Origin: Bugula neritina
Lineage: Eukaryota > Animalia > Bryozoa
Assembly: GCA_964035545.1 (NCBI GenBank)
Contig: OZ037769.1
Location: forward strand, 806,001 to 870,000
Reading direction: 5' to 3'
DNA length: 64,000 nucleotides
The notes under the pieces were generated by a model. That model had not been told where the DNA came from and made no database searches. It worked only from the letters and a program-made list of their open reading frames with translations. Position 1 is the first letter of the stretch. Each line of letters begins with the position of its first letter. Positions 26,677 through 50,499 of this stretch are shown here, in pieces. The position numbers and the translations under genes were made by a program.

Positions 26677-29600
26677 TCACAAGTGAAGGTTCTCCATACT
26701 GGATCTCGTGCTGAGGGAGGGGCCGGCACTAGCGCTGTAAGCTCCGCCCAGAGAAGCGCAAGCTCCGCCCTGAGACATGAAATCTGAACTTTTGGGCGTG
26801 GACATGCCATCATATGGTACACAAGGCCCGCCCATCTCCCCTAATCTGATTGGCTTAGCCTGATTGAGTGAAGCTACAGAAGGACTAGAGGCCTGCAGTA
26901 TGCTCAGACCGAGCTGATTGTTGATTGGCTGAGGTAGGGAGGAGTGTTTATGTTTACTGGAAGGCGGAGTCAAGACGTCTGGGAGGAGAGTGAGATTCTC
27001 TGGACTCGCTCTGGATCTGGCCAACTCCATGGCTTTCTGCCTGGCTTTAGCCTCGTCCTGTAAGAGAAACACACAGGGGAGATAACTACTGGCAGCAAAT
27101 GTACACAGCTGCTGCAATTACTAGGTCATGTCACACGACTGGCAATGAGTTCCCCAGACAGGCAGCACACTTACTGCACACAACCAACCAGAGAGGTTGA
27201 TGACTCACCAGCAGTGGTACCGTCACGTCGTGAGTCTGGATATTATGGTAGTCTTCCGGCATCACGTCATCAAACGCTCTGATGACCACCGGCTGAGCCA
27301 TCTCCCGCACGGTGACAGCAAAGGGGGCCAGCCAGTTGACGCACTTTTCTATGTCGGAGAACGAGTAGCCCGACGCTGCCTCAGTGATGGGCTCGCTGCC
27401 GAAATGGTAGAGGATTGACGCGGCTATGATGCTGTAGGGGAAGTGGAGAGAGCCCTCGTCTAACACACACAGATCCATCAGCTAGAGAAACAAAGTGACA
27501 GCAGCGTGTGACGAGACTGATGACATAACGTGATGACACAAAGTAAATACCAACACAACGTGAAGGCAGCAGACGTAGATTACTCACCCTAGAGAGGGTC
27601 ACAAAGGAATGTCGGGAATAGTTGATACGGGTGAGGCACGTCTCGCCCCCAACCTCTGATTTGTTGAGAATATTCAGGTATAGTGTTGTCCAGCCGTTGA
27701 CCGTCATGGGACATAAATCCCAGTTGAGTGTCTGCGTGAAAAGAAGAGTAAGTAGGTCACAAGTGAGGAGTAAGTAGGTCACAAGTAAGGAGTAAGTAGG
27801 TCATAAGTGAGGAGTAAGTAGGTCACAAGTGAGCAGTAAATAGGTCAAGCTGCCAACTTACTTTGAGCATTATAAGTTCCTGTGCCACGATATCTGCTTC
27901 CACACAGGCGCCATCTGTGACGTATGCAAACTCGGATATTTTAGGAGGATAGATTTCCTGTCAACATAACGAAATGAAGAAGTATAAAATGATACGATAC
28001 AGTATAGTGATATGATACAGTGTAGTGATACGATACAGTATAGTGATATGATACAGTGTAATGATACGATACAGTGTAGTGATACGATACATATAGTGAT
28101 ACGATACAGTGTAGTGATACGATACAGTGTAGTGATATGATACAGTATAGTGATACGATACAGTATAGTGATATGATACAGTGTAGTGATACGATACAGT
28201 GTAGTGATACGATACAGTGTAGTGATACGATACAGTATAGTGATACGATACAGTGTAGTGATACGATACAGTGTAGTGATACGATACAGTGTAGTGATAT
28301 GATACAGTATAGTGATACGATACAGTATAGTGATACGATACAGTGTAGTGATACGATACAGTATAGTGATATGATACAGTGTAGTGATACGATACAGTGT
28401 AGTGATACGATACATATAGTGATACGATACAGTGTAGTGATACGATACAGTATAGTGATACGATACAGTGTAGTGATACGATACAGTGTAGTGATACGAT
28501 ACATATAGTGATACGATACAGTATAGTGATACGATACAGTATAGTGATACGATACAGTGTAGTGATACGATACAGTGTAGTGATGACATCATCTCACCTC
28601 AATTTTGGCAGCGATGAAAAGTGCTGTGACCCCCAGAAGCTGGAGTTGGTACTTCTGGACGTTGGACTGGGTGGACAGGTAGCGGTCTACAAAGTCTGCA
28701 GCCAGGTAGAACGTCTCTCTGTGCAGTCTGTACACCTCACACACCTGCAGGGTAATTCATGAGATGGTGGAACCGAGGCTACACTAATCAGCTCTAAGAC
28801 TTTAATATAACGCGAACTGGTAGAAAGAATTCAAACACCAAAGAATAAAAACTGGCGAGTACTGTAGACTGAGGAGTTCACCAACACATATTAAAGGGAG
28901 GGCGTGGCCCCCCACCCACCTCTATGATCCAGTCGAGGAGAATGGTTCTCATTCTAAACTGAAGACAAGGATGCCTGGACATGTAGTTGGGTTCCCTCAA
29001 GTACTTCTTCTCCTTCCCCTTCATCACATCCCACACATCCTGCAACGTTACGAGTTACTGCTATGACAGCGAGTTACTGCTATGACAGCGAGTTACTCAA
29101 ACCTTCAACATTCACCATAAAGTTGAAAGTTCTGTGCAGAATTAGAGTTAGATGATAACCAACTATTTAGAACAAATGCGAGTGGGTGTGGCTAGTTTGA
29201 CAGGAAGTACCTTGGGATCCGCCCACTTGAGGTCAGGCAGGGGGCAGACGCTGGATTTGTGAATGAAGATGTTCCTGAAGGTGTAGGAGGAGGCGCCGGC
29301 AGCAGCCATAGCCTGAGAGCATGGCACTTGCTGCGTTGGCGGGACGGGACTCGGCACTAGCGTCCTCGTAGTGATCTGGTCACAGGAAGTTATTGGCTGC
29401 CACTGGTTCTATGATAAATAGACGACGGGTCAGCATATCAAGGAGAAATTACTGACTGAGTGACTCGATATTTTTACAGGAAAAACATTTAAAACTGCTT
29501 TTCTTAAAGTATTTCACACAAATATAGAATGCAATATTTCCTGAGAATATTCACCTGAATTTGAAACTGTCTTCTTTTAGGTGGCTGATTATTTCTTTCT

Positions 29601-30115
29601 GACTAAAATAAGTGAAACATGAGTCATTACCATGACTCAGCTGTTACGTAATATTCATCAGCATGACTTGCCTTTTAGTAATAATGATGTAATGTCATCA
29701 CTGAATGAAGTGTTCCAGCTTTAACCAATGCACTAATTAAACTACTCAACATGAAATCCTATTGCAAAACATCTTAAACTACTCTTATACTGTTTTAATG
29801 TTTGATTGAATAAAAACAAAATCAAGTAGCTCTATCATGGCTTGTCTGGGACACATTTTGTACAAGACTCTTACTTCTTCTGGTGGCTGAACCCACGACT
29901 GTTTACGTTTACTGGAACCAGTGGAGACTAGGTATTTGTCTAAGGTCTGAGTTCCACTTGGGGCCGTAGTTTTTGGTGATTGAGTTTGCGCTTTCTTACC
30001 TCTGCTTGATATTCTTGCACTACAAAGCTAAAGAGTTTAAAATCTAAATACAAAGGGCATATGCTAAAATAAGTAATATAAGGCATCACCAAACATACCT
30101 TCTTCTTGAAGACAT
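26677..30115 (-). CDS. CCNE: G1/S-specific cyclin E; multi-exon
   Basis: ATG at 30115 (MSSRRS|ARISSR). Contains [10 protein letters not shown], cyclin box [12 protein letters not shown]|[41 protein letters not shown], and HNIQTH. C-terminal VLTPPSS is an Fbw7-type phosphodegron. Stop at 26679-26677. Probable 5'UTR exon with donor near 31505. Confidence 0.93.
27990..28585. repeat. 18-nt intronic minisatellite, ~33 copies
   Basis: Unit tgatacgatacagt(g/a)tag fills a cyclin E intron. Confidence 0.95.
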
Positions 30116-31369
30116 AGTATGAAGAAGACAACTTTTTTCTACAAAAGACAAAGAGTCAGAAAAATTGAATTTTTTAATCTGAATCTTATTGTAGAACAGC
30201 TAGCTTATTTATATTAAAAATGCAGAAGCAATGAAACTAACTAACTCCATGTGAAATAATTACACATAAACTTGAGGCCCATGTCTAATGATACTTGTGC
30301 AGAATTATTGATAATTGAAAAAGTACAACTACAAGCATTATTCACTCAATTAAAGCTGCACTAGGAACAAAATTTTGGACATTTTTTCTTAGGCAATTAT
30401 TCTAAAAAAAATGAATTTATTATGACAAAAGCAACAGAAAATAAAAAAACTTACTGCGCTAAATCAATAAGCTAATTAAACTTTAAAATGTTAAACTACA
30501 AAAATAATTAAAAACATCATAATTATATTTATTGGTTATAATAGAATTATTACAATTGGTATCACATTTGTTAATATTATTAAAACGAGCAGCAGAATGA
30601 GAGCAAATTAGCTCCAAAGATTAAAAGTATAGTAAATAGTTGTGGAGTTACAGCAGGAATGATGATCATAATAATCATAGTCATGGGCCAAAATATAACT
30701 TTAGTTGCTATGTTTATGTTTGACTGTTTTTTTCCAATCTAAATTTGGGCTTCAGTTTCATTTACTCCAGTTATAATTGACAATTATAATAATTAATTTA
30801 ATCATGAACTAATTCAGATTGCCATTGGGTTTCATATTTATTTCATTTTTAAAAGTAGAGAGTGAGTGTCAGAGTGGTACTCACTGCACCCTGTGGCCGG
30901 TAAGCCATATCAGCCCTAAACTTAAACTGACTCCTACTCTTACAGTTACATTTACTGTCTTAGTATTACATTTACTCCGGCTGATAGTGATACTTGGCTC
31001 ATAGCCATGCCCATAGTGGTCTCCATGAGCATAGTGAGTGCGTGTGATGGTTACTAATACTTGTGAGTCATACTGATATGACTTGTCTGCCTAGCCTAGT
31101 GATACTGATACTCAAAGTCATACTGATACTCTTAGTCTCAAGTCATACCAATACTCATAGTCATACTGATAGTGATAATCATACTCATAGTGATACTATC
31201 TGTTACTTAGAGTTGTTCAGTCAAATACTCAGTAGAACTATTAACTTCTTTACAAATTGTAAAACAGGGTGTGTCAAAGATATAGGAAACAAGATAAGAA
31301 GAACATGTGTCAATATTAACAATGGCTTCCACCGCCCAAAAGTGACCAAAACTGAGCAGCCAAAATCGG

Positions 31370-31815
31370 GAACGATGGCGCCAACTACGAGGGCGGGAAA
31401 TTTGGCATTTTCTTGAACCACTTCTTAGAGTACTATTTACTACCCAAATATACTAAAATGCATGAGACAGTTTCTAGAGAAGTTTTATTGTCTTCTAAAA
31501 CTCACCACTGAGCTTTTCAACGGAGTTAAACGTCAAATAGGGAGCAAACCGTAGACACTATCAACTCAGAGGCGATGTGGCAAGAAGACAGTAGTGCTAA
31601 GCTTTTTTTCGAACTGGTTATTGCGCGAAAGAAACGAAGACAATGAAAACCGCTTGTTTATTCAACAGTATTCTTATTTGTTAGAATAAAACACTTTTTC
31701 AATCAATTATGGAATATTTTCTGATAACACAAGCATTCTGAGATATTTTAATAAATTAATATTCAAAATGTTCCCGTAAGAAAGGATTATATTAAATATT
31801 TATGGCGGGACAAAT
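31370..31815. promoter_or_regulatory. E2F-site cluster around the 5' end of cyclin E
   Basis: GCGGGAAA at 31393-31400 and GCGCGAAA at 31623-31630 are reverse complements of the TTTSSCGC consensus. Weaker GGCGCCAA (~31377) and GGCGGGAC (31804) also occur in this AT-rich context. Cyclin E is an established E2F target. Confidence 0.65.
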
Positions 31816-33003
31816 TAAATGTATATGCATCTAGCTGCAGCGTAGCGTGTGTAGGATTATCATGATTTAAACAGACAATTTCTTTTCAAGTAACATGCAC
31901 AATTTTTAAAAATGCAGCTTTTATTTGATAATTTAGGTAATAGCAGTTTTTGTTACAAAAATAATGAAAATATTTACAAATTGGGGTAAAAATCAAAATA
32001 CGAAGTTTACCATGTGCGTTTGTTTACTTTTTAAAATGCGCGGTCACGCGCTGCGCGATAGCAAAATCGCTTTGTGATTGGCCATTGCCAAAAGCCTTTA
32101 TTGGTTATGATAAGACGACTCCTAAGAGAGACACATTTTCAATATTTTCATTGAGAAAAATTGGTCATAGTTAACAGCTGTGGAAAAAATTCTTTATAGA
32201 AGCATAACAGCATTTAACTTGATGTGCTATAATGTAGTACCACTGGTGAGTGATGTGCTATAATGTAGTACCACTGGTGAAAGATGTACTATAATGTAGT
32301 ACCACTGGTGAGTGATGTGTATAATAGAACACCGGTTAATGCATCATTTTTAGTACTTGACTAATGATGTATGTTTATATAGTTTGAAAGATGGCTTTGG
32401 GTTACCTTGTATAAAATGTCTTATGTTGAAGATTGTTTATTTTATTATGCATACAGATTATAAGGCCCTCAGCCTTGGCAAAAGAAAATATATAGCAACA
32501 CGTCACACACTGTTTGGAATCAATTTTCTAGAGTAAATAATAACACTTGAGTATAAATGTATCATAAATTGCAGTAATGTAATAATATAATATAAATAAT
32601 AAAAGCAGTATCATGATTATAAGAAATACTAATAATAAATGAAAAACCTATTGTATGGATAAAACATAAGACCAGAAGGTGGGCAGTACAGAGTAAACAT
32701 TTCCAGTTGTTGACCAGCTGCGGCATAACTTTATGGCCAATATAATGGATGAATCTAGCACGAGTTCTCTTTTGCGCAACAAGACGGGCTGTACACAGCC
32801 TCCCCCCCTTTATTCAGCGGCTGATAGCAACCCACAGTCTCAGCAATAAATAAAAATGAAACAAAATGCAAACAAAAACTTATGATAAATTAAATCTAAA
32901 GAGAAATGGTGTAGGAAGATTTAATCCGTAGATCGAGAGAAAAATTTGCTGCAAGTTATAGAAAATAATGCCAGAGGAGACGGTTAGCTAGCGCCCCGCC
33001 TTT

Positions 33004-44786
<11,783 letters not shown>

Positions 44787-46199
44787 TTTGATAATAGCAG
44801 TTTAGATGGAATAGTCAGTAAGTAGTAACAGTTGGAGAGATCAACCACTAATCTAAAACATAAATTATACAAAATCTATTGTTCCACGGTGGCATGTTTT
44901 GCTATCCGTATTAATGAAAAGAAAAGCAATGTTGCAGCATTATATAAGGTAATACACGGGATATCACAACATAAATACCAGCCAACAACAAAGAACATCA
45001 TTGCAGTAAAATATTCTTAAAAACAATTTACTTGGACACCAACAAGCAAGTTAGTTTAAAACCTAATAGTGATGAAAAATGTTACCATCTAGAAATCAAC
45101 TATCAATAAGGTAAAACTACAAAGAGCGCATTGCAGACAGCTCAGAAAATCTTATCTTGTCAACTATTCATATTGGTGTCTGTCAACAATTGATTATATC
45201 AGTCTGCGAGATAAGACGGGTTAGTAGTATATGGATAACCTTGGTAAGGTCACCCAAGATAGTACCTGTACTATAGCCCTTTGAACAATGTTCAACCTTT
45301 AGACTCATACTTCATATAATAAACGTCATTGGTAATGAAGGACATAACAAAAACAGGAAAAATTAAAAATAAATAACAAAGCAGCTGTTGAGAGATGCTG
45401 TTCTAATACAATTAATGGTATGCCTATAGAAGTTCTGGTACTTGTGGTAATCAGTTTAGTTTCAAAGTTCAGTGTTATAAATTATCATTAAAATTTATTC
45501 ATAATGTGCATACTTATTTACTATTACTATAATATCAGTAAACATATATTTTAAATTTATATAAATAATAATATCAATATGAGACACTCTACTTATGTGA
45601 GACATGTCTACTTATACCAATTGATTAAAATAAATTATTACTGTTGCTGTTATTATTAATACTACTACTATTACTACTATTGAGTATTTCAGCATTTTAA
45701 TTCGCAATATTAAATTCATCAACTTTTAGTTTAACTAGTAGCACTAGTAGTAGTACTAGTACTAGTAGTAGTACAGTGACAGTCTGAGTCTACAACTAGT
45801 ACTACATGCAGTTGAGTTGTAGTCTTGTGCAAGTTAAACTCTTAAAGTAGAATTATAAAACAGCATGAGCATCATCATTATGATTATGAGGAAATTTAGT
45901 AATAGTATTAGTAACACACTATTACTATTACTAATAGTAATACTAATGTTAGTCTTATACTTATAGTTAACTTATACTTACACTTATAGTTATAGTAATA
46001 AAATTAAAAATAATAAATGAAATGCATCGGTAACTAATGAGTAATAAGTAAGACTAATAGTAATACTAATAGTAATAGACTCAGATTATTACCAGGTTTG
46101 TAGTATATTCAAAACTTATAGTTAATTCAGTACGAGTATAATATATCTGAACACGGTGAAAATGCGTCTGTAATTAAAAGTGAATGCCAATAACAATGC

Positions 46200-46560
46200 C
46201 AACCATTGAAATAAGCGGTGAAATAGAAAGCGAAAATACTATTTATTTGTTTACGTAGACCAGTAACTGGCATTGTGAGTTCATGTGGGCGTGGCCTGAT
46301 TGGCGTCGCTCTGATTTACGATAAACAGCATGTTATAGATTATAGAATATAGCGTACAACAGTTCTAGTGACGTTACTATAACTTTATAGCAGGTGTATT
46401 ATAAACCCACTTAAATGATAACACATATTATTGTAATAATAAAATTAAAAAAACTGTTGTTATTTTTTTACAACTTGAAAATTAGGATAAAATAAGCAGA
46501 CGAAAGATCGCGATTCTATTGTTACTGTGTTTTGCCGGACACCAGTCACTGCCCGAGCTC
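46200..46560. promoter_or_regulatory. Putative bidirectional promoter shared by GFPT (minus) and GST-omega (plus)
   Basis: The genes are head-to-head. This CpG-richer patch has a GC/KLF box GGGCGTGGC (~46287), an adjacent ATTGG CCAAT box (~46299) and TGACGT (~46369). TSS positions are inferred. Confidence 0.5.
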
Positions 46561-47246
46561 CTCCTTCTTTCGCTCTGCAAGTTAGTTATACTAGTTATAT
46601 AAAATCTAATGCATATTTAATTTTCTAGCATTTTTCATCGTGGTTACTGTTTTTTCTGATTAATATACTTTTAGTCGTTTTAGCAATTAAGATGGCTGTA
46701 TTTTCAGCGATAAAATCTATCTCACAGGTTACGGTAGGCTACCGCTAAGGCTACAGAGTTGAGAGTACACTCACTGCACAATAGTCAATAAGTTTGACTG
46801 TACAGTGTGAGTGTGAGTGTTCACAATCACTGTACAGTGATTTTCACAGTCAGTGAGTCACTGTTTATCTCATAATAATAATGATGCTTATACTTATATT
46901 TATAGTTGTACTGATATTGGGAAAAATCATTAGTCTATTATTATTATCATTATGGTTATGTACCACAATCATAATGATGAACTAGGAGTCAAAGTGAAAA
47001 TCAGCATGCGCATGACTATGGGCTATGAGTATAATTATTAATATCAAAATAGCTTAATCAAACTATTGTTATTATTAACTTTTTATTTTTTATAATTACA
47101 ATTGTCATGAACCGTAGCCGTAACAGCTCTCCAATACATAGGAAACCAGTGACTTTAAAGTATAGAAAAAATGTTACCAACTTATTTTTCATTTTCAAAA
47201 ATGTCTAAGCTAATTTTTTGTGCTTTTTTTCAGACGAAGTTATTTA

Positions 47247-49209
47247 ATGATGGTTGCTGTTTCACTGCATAAGCTCCCAATACAGCTGTTAAGTTCAAGA
47301 CAGCATATTCTACGTATCAGTTTGCCTGCCTGTTTCTCTTCTTCCTGTGTATCAGCTGGTGCCCTCCCAGCCTATTTAATTAATCAAAGTAAACATCTGC
47401 GCTCTGGTAAGTAAGCAACTGTGGGTGTGCAAGCAATCCTTTAAAGAATCACTTGGCTGCTAATCAGTTTTGTCAAACTGATTTTTTTTTTTGTAACAGA
47501 AGACACTTGGAAAAAATAAATTTAATAAACTTTCACTTCCTTTTCCGTTTAGTAAAATGTTCCGCCTGTTTGATCAGTTGTAATTTACTAAGTATTTTTA
47601 GCTTTAGTATAAGGATGATTTTGATGAAAATTGTCTGAGCTTTAATAATTGAACTCTATACAATATGTTGTATTCTGAGCCTATAAAATTGGTATGAGAA
47701 TATCAAAATTAAGTATCAAGTTATAGCTATCAGTAGTTGTGTTCCCTTGACATAAGAAAAACTTTTCATACATTGAGCCCATCACATATTACAATAACTA
47801 CTAATTACTGATCTGATAACTTGGGTTATAGAGTTGGAAAGTCGGACTAATCTCTAGTTACTGAAAACTAGCTGCTTGCTATTAGCTTCTATTTCCATCT
47901 TATTTTGTTTTGCCATCATATGATTAAACCTGTGTTGTTAGTTGCTGTTGAATGATGTAGGAGATGCTGACCCTCCTCTGTCACTCAACTTACCTCGTCT
48001 CTACTCCATGAAGTGGTGTCCATATGCACAGCGTAGCAGACTGGCATTGGCATACAAACAAGTTAGGTAGTTGTCTTCTCCCAGCACAGCATCCGCACAT
48101 GTCATAGTCACATTCTATAGTGTATTATATTATACTGTGTTGTGTTATATTATATTGTATTATGCTGCAGTGTATTATGCTGCATTGTGTTGTAATATAC
48201 TGTGTTATATTATATTATACAGTATTATATTACATTACAGGCATGAAGAAGTTAATATAAATCTTTCTGATAAACCCAGCTGGTTGTTAGACAAGAACCC
48301 TGAAGGTACAGTTCCAATTCTAGAGATTTACTCTGGTCACTCTAATTCTTCTCTCACTCGTATTATTGGGTAAGTCTTACCTTTACTGAATGTATTATTG
48401 GGTGAGTTTTGCCTTTACTGAATGTATTATGGGGTAGACTGTGAACCTGTTTGTATTGCTGTAGCTCCATGGAAATATGCGAGTGGCTGGAAGAAGAGTA
48501 CCCGAATACACCCTCTCTCTTTTCTAGTATAATTGAATCGCCTCTCCACGCTGACATTCTATCTCAGTTCAGACTGGTAAAAGTTCTTGAAGTTGTCTTT
48601 CCTTCAATATATAATCCCAAGACTTGTTTGCTCTTAGTATAGTCCTAACTGCATGCCTTAGAGTTATTTTCTCTATGTGGTTTGAAAATCATTTGCCTGA
48701 AGACGTAGTAAATGAGCTCTAACTGACATGCCACTTGCATTATGTTTTCATCTCTACGTGTTTTCCGCAGGTTAGTCCAATAATGAATGATTATATATAC
48801 GACAGACTAGGGGATGACCTGCAGTCACCTACTCAGACTAGGGAAGTGGTGTTGAACAGTTTGCACACTCTAGAACAACTGTTACATCAGAACAACGAAT
48901 ATTTACTAGGTTAGTATGACCTACAAACAGCGCCCTCTCGTATCTTACGTTTCAGTGTTTTAAATCATGTATGGAGTGGCTACTTTTACAGGAGATTCGG
49001 TTGTCATCACAGATTTCTTACTCTGGCCTCTCTTTGAGAGGTGCTTGGCTAAGGGGTTAGCCCTAGATTCTCTGCCGAAACTATCAGGCTGGGTAGAGAG
49101 GCTGTCCACCCTTTCTGCAGTGAAAGATGTTAGGAACTCGCGAAAGGATTATGAGTCGTATTGGAAGAGTCAAAGGTCTGGCAGCACTAACTGTGACATT
49201 GATGTCTAG
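47247..49209 (+). CDS. GSTO1: Glutathione S-transferase omega-like; 6 coding exons, start codon uncertain
   Basis: SKHLRS|GDADPP...RLYSMKWCPYAQRSRLAL (omega CPY active site), EEVNINLSDKPSWLLDKNPEGTVPILE, ICEWLEEEYP, DFLLWPLFER, PKLSGWVERL, and terminal CDIDV-TAG. Confidence 0.88.
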
Positions 49210-50499
49210 TAACTGTCACTACCAACTTGACATCTTATCAATGATGTCTAAACCTAATCATAGATCAATTCAGTGTGTAACTGTTGCCTGTTTGTTGCTT
49301 ATTTGTTGACCTTGACATATAAAGGTTTACTCAGGTTTAACCGCGCCATTTGAATTTATCCGCTCTTTACTTTCAGTTACGATTTAGCAGCTGGTCACAC
49401 ATTATGTTAATAAATTATCACCAACTCTCAATATTTCAAGTTTTGACACAACTTCAATAGTTCAGCTTAGTTGATATGAATTGAAAACTGGCTGTAAATT
49501 GAGTTCTTTTATTTTGATAATATATTTTATATATAATATGCGTAAAATAGTAAAATAAATATAATTACACCATTGCCCTTAACTAGGGCATTAATAGAAA
49601 ATTGAATTTACAATGTTTTTGTTGAAGAGGCTATTCTGAATATTCCTGTAATAAAAATATATCAGTGGTAATAGGGGGTTAGTATCTATACAGGCTATTT
49701 CTGGCAAGACGATGCTTTCGTTTGTCTGTTTGTGTGTAGCAATTTATAGTCAAGACAATGGAAGATATGAAGGAAAGGTAATATAGTTAGCATGACTAAA
49801 AACTGTATAAGAAAAGCAAATTAGAAAAAGAGATCACGGAAAGACATAAAACATGATCTCTAAACTGGTGAACAGTTTTTCTGTTGAAAATTGTTACATA
49901 GAAAGTAAAAATATCAGTATAAAGGTAATAGATCTGTGATATATTATTTGCATAGAATAGGGTCTCTTACAAACTCAGGACAATATCAATATATAAAATG
50001 CTACGATTAAGGATATATACTAAAATATCTGATGATATTTTGAAACTGAATCGGTTTTTAGAAAATAGAATACTATTAAGAGTGTATAGCTATATAAAAT
50101 ATTGACCTAAGAATGTATTATAATATACAAGTGACTAGTATCTTATATATATTATAGTATGTATAATATATCAGCTGTAATAACTAGAGAAATAAAATGT
50201 CGCAATAGTACAGCTGAAAATATGCTATGTACGGAGTTATCTACTCGGTACTGATGAGTTACTAATAGAATATCACTATATTGACAGTGGAATGTAAGTT
50301 GATCTCAACTCAATAAGGAATGCATTAGTATCAACTATTGCACAGAGGTCACGTGATAATGTTGCATGAGATTGCAGAAATAAGCAGCAGCAGTAAGGGG
50401 AGTGCATGCGTTAACATTAGGTCTTGTGGACTGACCTAAGGCTATGCTTACAGCTCCAAACTGTGACAGCGAGATCTCTGGGAGAGAAGGTAGTAACAG

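Noticed and set aside
46280-46305. ERSE (CCAAT-N9-CCACG) upstream of GFPT
   Set aside because: Minus strand reads CCAAT-N4-CCACG or CCAAT-N10-CCACA, so the spacing does not fit the consensus.
46692-46733. Upstream ATG exon (MAVFSAIKSISQ) as the GSTO start
   Set aside because: Its donors are phase 0, which leads to a stop in the next exon. At most a uORF.
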